A stretch of DNA of 64,000 nt from Prochlorococcus sp. HOT208_60m_813L03 (lineage in GTDB: Bacteria; Cyanobacteriota; Cyanobacteriia; PCC-6307; Cyanobiaceae). Below, one piece after another: positions 34,626 through 44,380 of this stretch. Numbering within the stretch: position 1 is the stretch's first letter; the number at the start of each line of letters is the position of its first letter. The stretch spans positions 8,128 to 72,127 of the forward strand of contig MWOQ01000179.1 of assembly GCA_002026145.1 (NCBI GenBank). Direction: 5' to 3'. The position numbers and the translations under genes are program-made. A model generated the notes under the pieces. The model saw only the letters and a program-made list of their open reading frames with translations, had not been told where the DNA came from and made no database searches.

Positions 34626-36155
34626 TCATAAATTTATTTTCTTAAGAAGAGTTTTAAATTCTCTTTTACCAATAATTTTTTCAGCTGCGTAAGCACCACT
34701 TGCTGATACAGCAGGAATTCCAATACCTGGAAATGTACTTGCACCGCAGGTAAATAAATTTTTCACTGGAGTTTTGCAGCCTGGGAAAAGACCTTTTGCA
34801 GCAGATAATGCAGGGCCGTAACTACCGCAATAGGTATTGGTGAATTTTTTATGAGTGATTGGGGTTCCTAGCATCTTTAAATCAATCCTTTCATCTATAT
34901 CAGGGATGAATTTTCGCACTGCATTAAGGAATATTGAACATCTTTCTTCTTTCAAATTTCTATATTCTTGTTCCTTTGGATTTACGTTTTCCCAAATTTC
35001 CCAAGGTTCATTTGCGGGAGTATATCCATGAAGAACATGTTTTCCTTCAGGGGCCATATTTTTATCTAAAACAGATGGGATTGAAAATACAGCTATATTT
35101 CTTTCTGCGGTTATACCTTTTTTCCACTCATCAACATGTATCGCATGTATTGGCAAATTTTCAAGACCATCAGCATCAAAACCTAGATGTATATGAAGGA
35201 AAGAATCACATTTATTAGGGTTCAAAACTTTTGTATTCCATTTTTTTGAAATTTCTTTTGGAATTAACTTTTTTAAATTCCAAACATCAGTATTAGTAAC
35301 AACAGATTCACAACTATAAATAGAACCATTATTAAGAGTAATACCTGTAGCTAAATTTTTATTGAAGTTTATTGTCTTTACTCTCGAAGAAAGTATTAAT
35401 TTTCCTCCATTTTTTTTAAATCCATTAATTAAGGCTTTTACGATAGATTCACTACCTCCTTTGGGGTATTCAAGGTATGAATTTGGTTCAAACCATTCGT
35501 TAAATAAAGTAGCCATCGCAGCTGTATTTGTATCATGCATTGACATCCCACTTATCAAAAAGCTCAATAAATCAACCCAATTTCTGAGAAAAGGATCCTC
35601 TAGATGATTATTAACTAAATTCCCAAAGGCTTTATTAATTTTTGGTATTTGATTGATATTAGGTAAAAATTTTGAGGTTAAATTTATTAGATCCAAGAAA
35701 TTTATTGATTCAGGAGAAAATGAGAGTAAAGGTATTTCATTTATTATTTGGCTAAGAGGTTTTATTCCAGAAATAAATGATTCCCATTCTTTAACAGATT
35801 TCTCGCCTCTTAAAGTTTTAATTGTTTGTTTAAAAGGTTCTTCCCCTACATCAAGATTAAAATTGCCTTCTGGGACAATTACTTGCCAACCTTTGTATTG
35901 AAATAGTTCAACTTCTTCATCAAGTAATTTAAGAATTTGCCCTAGAGGATTACTTGTCGGCCATTTACCTATTCCACTCCACAATGAAGGACCTGATTCG
36001 AAAGTGTAACCTTTTCTTTTGAAACTATGAGCAACACCTCCCGGCTGGGTATGTGCTTCACATATAAGTACTGTTTTGCCTGATAAAGCTAAAATCGAAC
36101 CACAGCACAGACCACCTATTCCACTACCGACTATTACTACATCGTACTTGTCCAT
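34626..36155 (-). CDS. Phytoene desaturase / carotenoid isomerase-family FAD oxidoreductase
   Basis: VIVGSGIGGL FAD fold, FESGPS, YPKGGS, GASTFPGIGIPAVSASG. Confidence 0.88.
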   Translation of the reverse strand: MDKYDVVIVGSGIGGLCCGSILALSGKTVLICEAHTQPGGVAHSFKRKGYTFESGPSLWSGIGKWPTSNPLGQILKLLDEEVELFQYKGWQVIVPEGNFNLDVGEEPFKQTIKTLRGEKSVKEWESFISGIKPLSQIINEIPLLSFSPESINFLDLINLTSKFLPNINQIPKINKAFGNLVNNHLEDPFLRNWVDLLSFLISGMSMHDTNTAAMATLFNEWFEPNSYLEYPKGGSESIVKALINGFKKNGGKLILSSRVKTINFNKNLATGITLNNGSIYSCESVVTNTDVWNLKKLIPKEISKKWNTKVLNPNKCDSFLHIHLGFDADGLENLPIHAIHVDEWKKGITAERNIAVFSIPSVLDKNMAPEGKHVLHGYTPANEPWEIWENVNPKEQEYRNLKEERCSIFLNAVRKFIPDIDERIDLKMLGTPITHKKFTNTYCGSYGPALSAAKGLFPGCKTPVKNLFTCGASTFPGIGIPAVSASGAYAAEKIIGKREFKTLLKKINL

Positions 36156-36190
36156 TAAATATTTACTTTATTCTTCTCGTAAAATGGGTT

Positions 36191-36301
36191 TTAGACAAAT
36201 GTATTGGTTGAAGTTGAAATACTTAGAACAACAGCAAGGAAAAATATATAAGGAACTGCCTTTAAGGGTACGTATCCTTGGCTTTTAGAGATAAAATCCA
36301 T
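36191..36301 (-). CDS. Microprotein (36 aa, single TM)
   Basis: MDFISKSQGYVPLKAVPYIFFLAVVLSISTSTNTFV* (internal ATG of a longer track ORF). Confidence 0.5.
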   Translation of the reverse strand: MDFISKSQGYVPLKAVPYIFFLAVVLSISTSTNTFV

Positions 36302-36473
36302 TAATTTAGTTACTTTATGTAAACATATTAACGAGATCTTGTTCCTTATGTGTGCTAAAAAATTATTTTTTTGGAAATATATTGAAACAAAGAAATCTTT
36401 TTGGAGAGATTTTTTAACTAAGAACATTTTTTTGAAGTTATCTTAGTATTTGATTCTTAGATTAAAATCTATT

Positions 36474-36959
36474 ATGAAACACTTTCCTAATATTAGTGAG
36501 ATAAAACTATTAGAAAAAAATTCCCAAAAAAATGGAAGCGGAATTGTATATGAAGAATTGTTAGGAACATGGAAGTTTAAGTATGTATGGGGAAAGGAGT
36601 CAGATGAAATCAAAAATATACCCAGTTCCATTCTCCAAGTATTGTCGGCAAGACTCGAATTGAAAAGTAAAAATAAAGAGGATCAAATAAATTATGAAAT
36701 AAAAAATTCAATTAATTTCGGATTATTAAATATTAGTTTTATAGGCAGCGCAGAATTAAAAGGGATTAGACCTTTATTGGCTTTCTATTTTGAAGAATTG
36801 AAAATTAGTATTAGTGGTTTTCCTATATTTAATAAGGAATTAAAAAAACCAGAAGATAAAAAAATGCCTTTTTTCTCACTTGTAGGAATTAGCGCTAAAG
36901 ATAATTGGTTATGTGCTCGAGGTAGGGGCGGAGGGCTTGCAATATGGGTTAAGTCTTGA
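36474..36959 (+). CDS. Hypothetical protein, PAP/fibrillin-like
   Basis: L.GTWKF lipocalin-like motif, IKNSINFG, WLCARGRGGGLAIW. Confidence 0.55.
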   Translation: MKHFPNISEIKLLEKNSQKNGSGIVYEELLGTWKFKYVWGKESDEIKNIPSSILQVLSARLELKSKNKEDQINYEIKNSINFGLLNISFIGSAELKGIRPLLAFYFEELKISISGFPIFNKELKKPEDKKMPFFSLVGISAKDNWLCARGRGGGLAIWVKS

Positions 36960-36960
36960 T

Positions 36961-37176
36961 TTAGTGGTATTCTCCTGGATGATCTACCTTTCTTACGGTA
37001 ACTTTATCGACTTTTTGTCCGTTAAATCTTAAGAGATCATCTCCTGAAAAGTCATAACCTAAGCTTTGACCTATTAGGGCTACATCATCTGCTGTAGAGG
37101 ATGAAGTAACCTGCTTTTTTAATTCTTCATCAGATTGCATCTTAATTAAAAATTTTCTTATTTCAGAAAAGCTCAT
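36961..37176 (-). CDS. Nif11-like leader-peptide family protein
   Basis: MS...IRKFL.KMQSDEELK...DVA.IG...GYDFS.DDL pattern. Confidence 0.75.
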   Translation of the reverse strand: MSFSEIRKFLIKMQSDEELKKQVTSSSTADDVALIGQSLGYDFSGDDLLRFNGQKVDKVTVRKVDHPGEYH

Positions 37177-37267
37177 TACTAGAATTTGATTGATTGATGT
37201 TAAAGAAATTTATAAAATCTTTTTCTTAGCAAGAACAAGATAAATAAATAATCATTATACTATTTTT

Positions 37268-37585
37268 ATGACGTACTTATTCCTCTATATAGTTGGCATA
37301 ATTTTAATATGGTGGACATATCGTGTTGGTTGGCTTGAGGCGCTCAAAACAGTAGTTAAAGTTATAGTTCCCTCAGCGCTTATTATTTTATTCAACATAA
37401 AAGCCGGAAGATTACTTTTTAAAAGTCCTGTAGTTGGTTTATTAAGCGATTTGCCTACCTCTATTTTTATTTTTAGAGGTTCATTGCCTTTAGTTAGTTA
37501 TATAAATAACTGGATTGAAAATAAAATAAATAAGTATGATGATTCGGAAGTTATAGATACTGATTTTGTGACTTTAGATAATTAA
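37268..37585 (+). CDS. Hypothetical membrane protein
   Basis: ORF track; hydrophobic segments. Confidence 0.65.
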   Translation: MTYLFLYIVGIILIWWTYRVGWLEALKTVVKVIVPSALIILFNIKAGRLLFKSPVVGLLSDLPTSIFIFRGSLPLVSYINNWIENKINKYDDSEVIDTDFVTLDN

Positions 37586-37586
37586 T

Positions 37587-37979
37587 TTAATCAAATCCAA
37601 GAAATAATTCTTTGTGTACAACAAGAACATCAAATAAAGTTGTTCCATGAATAGGACTTAATGGGATTTTGTCTATACTCAATGCTTCTGCACAAATTAA
37701 ATGAGCATCCCATTTTGTATTGTGATCACTTATTTCAATTGACCACTCAATTACTTTTTTGAAATGATCTGGCATCTCCGAACCAATTTTTCTGCAAATT
37801 TGACAAAGAACTGACAAAAGAGGAGGTTTTGATGGCCTTTTTAATTCTTTAATAAGACTAGGTTGCGTAAAAACACTTGTATAGCGGATGTAGTCTATCA
37901 ATTCATATTCTTCTTTAGTAAGAGCTGCTTTATCTAATGCTCTTTCAAATTCGTCTATGGGGGTTATGGGCCTATCCAA
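37587..37979 (-). CDS. Hypothetical protein
   Basis: ORF track; directly downstream of tatA. Confidence 0.7.
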   Translation of the reverse strand: MDRPITPIDEFERALDKAALTKEEYELIDYIRYTSVFTQPSLIKELKRPSKPPLLSVLCQICRKIGSEMPDHFKKVIEWSIEISDHNTKWDAHLICAEALSIDKIPLSPIHGTTLFDVLVVHKELFLGFD

Positions 37980-37983
37980 GATA

Positions 37984-38250
37984 TTATTTTTTGGTGTTTT
38001 CTGAATCTATTTTTTCTTGATTAATTTCATTGGTTTGATTGCTTTCTATAGATTTAGGGGATTCATCTTTATCTTCTTCGTTCATAACTTTGTCGATTTC
38101 ATTTTGAAATTCATTCGATGCTTTTTTAAGACTTTTCAAAGTTTTGCCAAGTTGTTTTCCTAATTCTGGAAGCTTTTTGGGACCAAAAATTAAAAGAGCT
38201 AAGATAAGTATTACAGTAACTTCAGGTAAACCTACACCAAAAATATTCAT
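37984..38250 (-). CDS. tatA: Twin-arginine translocase TatA/E
   Basis: GLPEV.VIL.LALLIFGPKKLPELGK.LGK. Confidence 0.92.
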   Translation of the reverse strand: MNIFGVGLPEVTVILILALLIFGPKKLPELGKQLGKTLKSLKKASNEFQNEIDKVMNEEDKDESPKSIESNQTNEINQEKIDSENTKK

Positions 38251-38655
38251 AGCTGATAACTATTAAATTAATTAGAAAATCTATTATTAAATATAGTCAA
38301 ATCATGTGAAAATTTCATTCTTGGAATAGCTTTATTAATATAAAAAAATTTTGAAAAATATTATTGTTATTAATACTCCTTTAAAGAAAACTAACCAAAG
38401 TAATTGATAATCACTCAATTTGAATTTTTTTTGGTACCAATTTATTAGGGTTTTATGTTTATCTATTAATTTTCTCATTTTCATCGAGATTATTTATTCC
38501 TATCACTTATTTTATCTTAATTTCTTTTATTATTAATTTATAGAAATCCTAGATTCTCCTCAAATTAGATTATTCTATTAAATTTTAATCTTTTTCTAAA
38601 TTAATTTTTTTCTAAATTATTGAAACTATTCACTTAATATCTACTATCAAAAAAA

Positions 38656-38895
38656 ATGAAGTACTTATTTATTGTTTTTTACCTATCTTTTTTAATTTAT
38701 CCAGCTGAAGCCGTTACCACAAAAATGTTTAAAGTATTGGATACTTGTGCAAGATATCGTCTCGGTGAGATTAATGCTAATGAGGCTATAGAAAAACTAA
38801 AATTAAAATTAACGAATTCTTCTACTAGTGAGCCAAAGGACCTAGTAAAAAAATATTGCTCAGTATTTACTCCAAATGAAAAAATTGAATTTTAA
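38656..38895 (+). CDS. Small secreted protein (signal peptide, Cys pair)
   Basis: MKYLF...PAEA signal peptide; two Cys. Confidence 0.6.
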   Translation: MKYLFIVFYLSFLIYPAEAVTTKMFKVLDTCARYRLGEINANEAIEKLKLKLTNSSTSEPKDLVKKYCSVFTPNEKIEF

Positions 38896-38911
38896 TCTTA
38901 GTAACAAATAT

Positions 38912-39046
38912 TTAATTATTCTTTTTTGAATAACCTTTAGCTTTGTTTCGTATTTCTTTAACTTTTTTGAAATTAGTTATTTTTAAATTAAAAATAACTC
39001 CTAAAAAAAGAAGAAGAAATAAAAAAATATAAATTATTAATTCCAT
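38912..39046 (-). CDS. Microprotein (44 aa, TM plus basic tail)
   Basis: MELIIYIFLFLLLFLGVIFNLKITNFKKVKEIRNKAKGYSKKNN*. Confidence 0.45.
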   Translation of the reverse strand: MELIIYIFLFLLLFLGVIFNLKITNFKKVKEIRNKAKGYSKKNN

Positions 39047-39195
39047 ATTATTGAATTAATAAATCCACCTTAGTTTATTTCAATAATTTTTTAGTATCTT
39101 TTAAAACAAAAAAATTGACTTTAATATCAGTTATTTACTTTAAGGCCACAAAAAAAACATATTAACCTCTAATATGGAACTTTATAAGAATTATT

Positions 39196-39645
39196 GTGAA
39201 GATTGGAGATAAAATTCCAGAATTTTCTTTACTGGATCAAAATGGAGTTAAAAGATCAAATAAGGGATTAAAAAATCCCCTTGTTTTGTTTTTTTATCCA
39301 AAAGATGATACTCCGGGTTGCACTATAGAAGTTTGCGGATTTAGAGATAAGTATGACTTATTTAAAGTATTAGGTGCACAAGTTTGGGGAGTAAGTAATG
39401 GAAGTACCTCAAGTCATTTAGCATTTGCCAATAAAAATAAATTACAATATCCATTACTTTGTGATACGAATGACGCTCTTAGGAAAACTTTTAAAGTTCC
39501 TAAAGTATTAGGTTTTATGGATGGTAGGGTAACTTACGTTATCGATCGCAAAGGAACAGTTAGGCATATTTTTAGAGATTTATTGAATGGTCCTGAACAC
39601 ATTAAAGAGGCAATTAGAGTACTTAAGGAAATTCAAAATCAATAA
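39196..39645 (+). CDS. bcp: Peroxiredoxin Q / BCP
   Basis: FFYPKDDTPGCTIEVCGFRD. Confidence 0.92.
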   Translation: MKIGDKIPEFSLLDQNGVKRSNKGLKNPLVLFFYPKDDTPGCTIEVCGFRDKYDLFKVLGAQVWGVSNGSTSSHLAFANKNKLQYPLLCDTNDALRKTFKVPKVLGFMDGRVTYVIDRKGTVRHIFRDLLNGPEHIKEAIRVLKEIQNQ

Positions 39646-39713
39646 ATTATTATTCAAAGAATTTTAGATTAATAACTTTTGTTTTATTATGGTTTCAGCT
39701 TTTTTTTAAATAT

Positions 39714-39986
39714 ATGAAGAAAATGGGAATGCAGGCTGTTGATCTTGCTATTGAAAATGGAGTGGATCTTGACGGTACTCCAATCCCTCAAAAAATGCTA
39801 GATCTTTACAATAGAATTATGGATGAGGAGAATAAAAGACAAAGGAGTGGTGTTAAAAAATCAATGAGAAATAGATGCGTCAAAACGGGTTCTAAGCATT
39901 TTGATAAAGAAACATTGAATCAATTATTAATAGACTCTGGATGGGAAGGTCTTAAAGAAAAGGAAATTTTGTTTTTTTATAACTAA
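39714..39986 (+). CDS. Conserved cyanobacterial protein (Ssr1528/DUF4090-like)
   Basis: AVDLAIENGVDLDGTPIP...RQRSGVKKSMRNRCV.TG.KH pattern. Confidence 0.7.
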   Translation: MKKMGMQAVDLAIENGVDLDGTPIPQKMLDLYNRIMDEENKRQRSGVKKSMRNRCVKTGSKHFDKETLNQLLIDSGWEGLKEKEILFFYN

Positions 39987-40084
39987 AAAAATTTTTTTTT
40001 AATTATCTTAAATATCATTTATGGTAACTATTTATATAAATAAACTGAGAAATAATTAAATATTTTTAGATCTAATTTTTTGAA

Positions 40085-40429
40085 TTATTTAAACCATCCT
40101 TTTTTTTTAGACGAAATTATTTTCTCTTTTTCAGATTTTGTTTTATTACTTGCTTTTTTGAAAGCCAAGTTGGCTTCTATAACTGTAACTATTGATATAA
40201 AAAAAAGACCAGAAATCCCAATTATTTGTTCACTTTGAGAGGGTTCTGAATCTCCTTGTAAAAAAAAACCTAAAGCTAACCATGCAGTACTAGCAGTGAT
40301 GGTAAAAAAATAGGGTTTCCATCTTCTTTGATATAAGTAACCCGATCCTAAACCAGGAAGAAAATTTAAAAAAGATGCTACCCACCCTTTTGAAGATGCA
40401 AGTATTTCGTCTCTTGAGGGATAAGACAT
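40085..40429 (-). CDS. Hypothetical membrane protein
   Basis: LNFLPGLGSGYLYQRRW plus TM helices. Confidence 0.7.
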   Translation of the reverse strand: MSYPSRDEILASSKGWVASFLNFLPGLGSGYLYQRRWKPYFFTITASTAWLALGFFLQGDSEPSQSEQIIGISGLFFISIVTVIEANLAFKKASNKTKSEKEKIISSKKKGWFK

Positions 40430-40434
40430 CTATA

Positions 40435-40539
40435 TTAGGTATTTATTAAATGTGAATTTATATAAGCAAAAGATATTGCTGCACAAATTACCCAGCTAAA
40501 GGGTAAGAACATTCTTATTTTTTCTTTATTGTTATTCAT
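40435..40539 (-). CDS. Microprotein (34 aa)
   Basis: MNNNKEKIRMFLPFSWVICAAISFAYINSHLINT*; ends 5 bp before the next gene. Confidence 0.45.
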   Translation of the reverse strand: MNNNKEKIRMFLPFSWVICAAISFAYINSHLINT

Positions 40540-40607
40540 TCTTTAATTATGAAAAATATTTTTAAAATCTGTGGATTTAATGGATTTCTTAAGATTAAAA
40601 GAATTAA

Positions 40608-40631
40608 AAAAGACGGTTAAAAACCGTCTTT
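40608..40631 (-). terminator. Intrinsic terminator
   Basis: AAAGACGGTT-AAA-AACCGTCTTT with an A-run on the left. Confidence 0.7.
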
Positions 40632-40658
40632 GGGGAAAATAATTTCTCTAAAAATAAA

Positions 40659-40895
40659 TTATTTATCTTTTGAAGCTGAGAGTACTTTAAGTTCTTTTTT
40701 TACTTCTTTTTCTCTCTCTTGAAGATGTTTTAGTTGAGCTTTAAAAGCATCTTCAAGTCTTACTTTTTGTTTTGTAATTTCATCAAGCTCTTCTTGATGT
40801 TGGTTTTTCTTTAACTCCTTCATTTCACTATCGGAAATAACATATACTGGGCGATATGAAGGTGTTTCAAAAAGAAGATCAAACATTGAATACAT
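40659..40895 (-). CDS. Coiled-coil hypothetical protein
   Basis: MYSMFDLLF..PSYRPVYVISDSEM...; likely start at ATG 40895 or 40886. Confidence 0.7.
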   Translation of the reverse strand: MYSMFDLLFETPSYRPVYVISDSEMKELKKNQHQEELDEITKQKVRLEDAFKAQLKHLQEREKEVKKELKVLSASKDK

Positions 40896-41098
40896 AAGTG
40901 ACCTTTGAATTAGTACAAACTCAATATCTGATAATTCTTTGAAATATGAAAGGATAAATACCGAAGATATTGATACGGCAAATACACCGAATTTCGGTTT
41001 ACCTAACTTAACCGCCCAGTATTTACCGATCAAATTTCAAGATATGTTTTAAAGTATTAAGGAAATGATTCTAAAGATCTAAATCAAAAAGAAATAAA

Positions 41099-41527
41099 AT
41101 GGATTTAAAAATTACTAAAATATTAGTAATACCATCCAACGAAATTAAGTGGCGATTTTCCAGATCCTCCGGTCCTGGAGGACAAAATGTAAATAAAATT
41201 GAAAGTAGAGTAGAGATTATTTTTAATTTAGAAGATTCCAAAGTATTAAATGATTATCAGAAAGAAATTCTTAAGAGAAACTTGAAAACCAAATTAGTGA
41301 ATAATAGCTTACGTTTAGCGGTTCAAGAACACAGAAATCAATTATTAAATAGGCAGCTAGCTTTAATGAAATTTAGTTCAATGCTAAAAAATGCTTTAAA
41401 TAAACCAATTAAATTAAGAAAATCTACACAACCCACTAAAGCATCACAAAAGAAAAGAGTTGAGGTTAAGAAAAAACGCGGCGAATTGAAAAAAAGTAGA
41501 CAAAAAGAAAAAACGTATCAAATATGA
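41099..41527 (+). CDS. arfB: Ribosome rescue peptidyl-tRNA hydrolase ArfB
   Basis: RSSGPGGQNVNK (GGQ), R.Q..NR, basic C-terminal tail. Confidence 0.92.
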   Translation: MDLKITKILVIPSNEIKWRFSRSSGPGGQNVNKIESRVEIIFNLEDSKVLNDYQKEILKRNLKTKLVNNSLRLAVQEHRNQLLNRQLALMKFSSMLKNALNKPIKLRKSTQPTKASQKKRVEVKKKRGELKKSRQKEKTYQI

Positions 41528-41599
41528 ATAAACTAAATAAATATTTTCCTCGCAGATTGCAATTAAACATGTGATGAATTTAATTTAATTTTTGGTTTA

Positions 41600-41889
41600 T
41601 TGAATTCAACTAATGATTTCTGGTTAATAGACTCCAATTTTGTAGGGATGATGCTTTTCTACAAAGATAATGATCATTCTGATAAATCTATTGTTTATAT
41701 GTTTATTGAAGAAGGAATTATTATGGGAATACATGGAGAAAATCCTCCATTGATGAAAACTAGAAAAAAATTTTTATAGAAGAAGCAAGATTATTGTGGC
41801 AAAAATTGTTAAATGAAGGTTGGCAAAAAACTAATAAAAAATGGTTAGTAGATTTTACAAAAACTTTTTTAATTTCAGAAAATAAATGA
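41600..41889 (+). pseudogene. DUF1651-like gene with an apparent -1 frameshift in an A7 run
   Basis: Frame 1 ...GENPPLMKTRKK then stop at 41777; shifted frame continues IEEARLLWQKLLNEGWQKTNKKW. Confidence 0.65.
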
Positions 41890-42039
41890 ACCTTTAGGGT
41901 ATAGCCTAGAAATTTTTTCATGTTGTAAATATTTCTTTTTTTTGATGTCGTTTTCATATCTTCTTAACATCATTAGATAGTTTGTAACTCCAAAAATTAC
42001 TAAAAAGACAATAAATCTTATTCCTGCCTCAAAGTTCAT
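41875..42039 (-). CDS. Small membrane protein (54 aa)
   Basis: MNFEAGIRFIVFLVIFGVTNYLMMLRRYE... Confidence 0.55.
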   Translation of the reverse strand: MNFEAGIRFIVFLVIFGVTNYLMMLRRYENDIKKKKYLQHEKISRLYPKGSFIF

Positions 42040-42101
42040 ATGAGAATTAAGCTTTATTTTAATCTGACAATTACTAATCAAAAATCAATCGGTATTTATA
42101 A

Positions 42102-42962
42102 CTAATTAAAACGTCTAAGGAAATTTTTTTTTGATTTTAGTGCATAAAAAATACATAAGAAAAGTAATATTAAAATTGCACTAAAGCTTCCGATTGGGTT
42201 TGGAATATTTTGTGTAAAAGGACCTGCTAAAAAAGAAGGTGTATTTTCTTTGAATTCTATTAATCCGTTATTTATAAAAAACCAAATACCCACAAGTCCC
42301 CCATGAAGTCCTATGCAATTCCATAGAGAACCTTTATCTCTAATTTTGACTAATGATAGAAATATCCCAAGTAAAATAAATCCTAAACGTAATCCTATTA
42401 TGTTCCAAAATATGTCATTTGATAAATTATGAACAAAGCTAAAAACTATAGCTTGTAAAGCTATTGATATTTTTGTACCATATTCAAATTTTAGTTCTTC
42501 TAGTAACCATCCTCTAAAAATTATTTCCTCTGCGAATCCAACACCTAATCCCAGTACAATAGAATTTAATAATATTATTGGCGAGAATTCACCTATCCAA
42601 GAAATATAATTTTTTTGCAATAGTGGTACGAGAATTAGAATTATTAAAAATAAGGAAAATAAGATACCTTTAGAAAAATTGACAAAGTTTTTTAAAAATT
42701 TGTCTTTAGCTATCCCAAGAAGTACCCAAGCACTTGATTTTTTTCGTTTGATATAAAACCAATATGGGAGTAAAAAGATAAAAAGAAAAAAAGTAATAAT
42801 AGTTCCAATTAAAGATAAATTTTCTTCTTCAAAATTAAACAATAAAAGTGGCTGAGATAAAGCCCATCCAATGCCATAAAGAATTGGAATAAAAAATATA
42901 GTGGATAAAAATCTTGGTCTTAAAAGGAAAAAACTTTTAATTAATATCATTAAATTTTTCAT
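42102..42962 (-). CDS. CPBP (CAAX protease/Abi) family intramembrane metalloprotease
   Basis: EEIIFRG, FSFVH, IGLHGG motifs. Confidence 0.88.
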   Translation of the reverse strand: MKNLMILIKSFFLLRPRFLSTIFFIPILYGIGWALSQPLLLFNFEEENLSLIGTIITFFLFIFLLPYWFYIKRKKSSAWVLLGIAKDKFLKNFVNFSKGILFSLFLIILILVPLLQKNYISWIGEFSPIILLNSIVLGLGVGFAEEIIFRGWLLEELKFEYGTKISIALQAIVFSFVHNLSNDIFWNIIGLRLGFILLGIFLSLVKIRDKGSLWNCIGLHGGLVGIWFFINNGLIEFKENTPSFLAGPFTQNIPNPIGSFSAILILLFLCIFYALKSKKNFLRRFN

Positions 42963-42979
42963 TTTAGTTTGAATATTAA

Positions 42980-43177
42980 TTAACCCCAGCCTTTGCCTTT
43001 TATTATTCTAACTACTTGTTCAAAAAGTTTTAGCTTTTTCTTTTTACTATAGTTTATTTTTTTTGAAAGATAAGATAAATCTTTATAAAATTGCCGAGTT
43101 ATTTTATCTTCTTTATCACTAGGCCATAGTAAGTCTAACCCCTCCTCATATTCTTCTTTATATCTTTCTTTATTCAA
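42980..43177 (-). CDS. Hypothetical protein
   Basis: ORF track. Confidence 0.5.
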   Translation of the reverse strand: MNKERYKEEYEEGLDLLWPSDKEDKITRQFYKDLSYLSKKINYSKKKKLKLFEQVVRIIKGKGWG

Positions 43178-43266
43178 ATTTTTTTTATATCGTAATAATT
43201 TAAATTTTACTTATTGCAAATGCTTAAAAGTGATGTTTATTAAATTTGTTTATTTATTTAAAATTT

Positions 43267-43356
43267 ATGCTGATTAATCTTTCAACTTTAATTTTTACAT
43301 TATTGTCTCCATTGCTTATTTTTGTAGTAATAGTATCGGTTTACTTATTTCATTAG
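43267..43356 (+). CDS. Microprotein (29 aa, single TM)
   Basis: MLINLSTLIFTLLSPLLIFVVIVSVYLFH*. Confidence 0.35.
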   Translation: MLINLSTLIFTLLSPLLIFVVIVSVYLFH

Positions 43357-43385
43357 GAAGTATTTAACAAATGAAATTAATTATT

Positions 43386-43481
43386 TTAAGGGTGTATTAT
43401 ACCTACTTTTTCTAATGCAAATGATAAAACTGCCATTAAGGCCATTACTGTTAAGATCTTGTTCTTTTTGATGAAATCCAT
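43386..43481 (-). CDS. Microprotein (31 aa, single TM)
   Basis: MDFIKKNKILTVMALMAVLSFALEKVGIIHP*. Confidence 0.5.
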   Translation of the reverse strand: MDFIKKNKILTVMALMAVLSFALEKVGIIHP

Positions 43482-43690
43482 AATGCATATTAAAAATCTA
43501 TTTATTAAATTCTTATATAAGATAATTAAAATTATTATAACAATTAGAATGGAACCCATATATGTAGGAGATTTACTTCCCTCAATAGCTTCTTATAAAA
43601 AGATAATTGAAAAATATGATAGAGGTACAAAAGAAGGGTAATTTTATGAAGAACCATAGGCGGAGATTTTAATTACCCAGATTGGTAAAT

Positions 43691-43870
43691 ATGCTTACTA
43701 CAAAAATAACTTTTGCCTTGGCAGATTGGATTAGAGAGTGGCGTAAGTTCCTGAATAAGAATCCTTCTATTGATGAGTGTGTAAAATTTTTTCAGTGGAA
43801 ATTGGAAGATTATAAACTTTCTGATAGTGATAAAAGAATAATTGAATCTATTTTGCTCTATGAATCTTAA
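43691..43870 (+). CDS. Hypothetical protein (59 aa)
   Basis: MLTTKITFALADWIREWRK...ESILLYES*. Confidence 0.65.
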   Translation: MLTTKITFALADWIREWRKFLNKNPSIDECVKFFQWKLEDYKLSDSDKRIIESILLYES

Positions 43871-43989
43871 TAACTAAGAGATTATAGACTTTATTATTTA
43901 TATTTATCTATAAAAAACAAAGGGTCATTAAAATCCTCTTACAAATTAAGAAAAAAGTAAATCAGCATATTTACGGATTTACTGAAAAT

Positions 43990-44309
43990 ATAAAAAGGAG
44001 TAATTTATAGAAGTTGAGTTCGGAGGCAATCTAAATGATTGATAGTCCGCCTGAAATTTAGCAAATTCCAAAATATAGGAAGCGTATTCCTGAGAATGGG
44101 ATTATTCGAAAATTAAAGTTCAATCAATTAGTCTGATAAGACTTCGCTTTATAATTACTAGCGACAATAGGGACTAAAATTATCGAGAGAAATCCCCGAA
44201 TTCACGTATTCTAGGTTTATGAGTAAATAGACTTTAAAATATGTAATTTATATCCTGTTAGAAGGAAATCAAATATCAAAAAGGACTGTACCACCAGTCC
44301 TTTTTTTTT
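43990..44309 (+). ncRNA. Candidate non-coding RNA (~300 nt; boundaries approximate)
   Basis: ORF-poor and visibly less AT-rich than neighbouring spacers; ends in a strong terminator with no adjacent gene. Confidence 0.35.
44278..44309 (+). terminator. Intrinsic terminator
   Basis: AAAAAGGACTG-TACCAC-CAGTCCTTTTTTTTT. Confidence 0.8.
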
Positions 44310-44380
44310 AATAAACTACTTCTAAACTAGACTTCTTTTTGGATAATATGGATTTATTTAGTGTTTAAAAATATTTTACA

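Noticed and set aside
40896..41033. N-terminal extension of the 40659 ORF
   Set aside because: Better explained as promoter sequence; ATGs at 40895/40886 are more plausible starts.
43459..43641. 60-aa plus-strand ORF
   Set aside because: Overlaps a better minus-strand microprotein and looks like AT-rich spacer.
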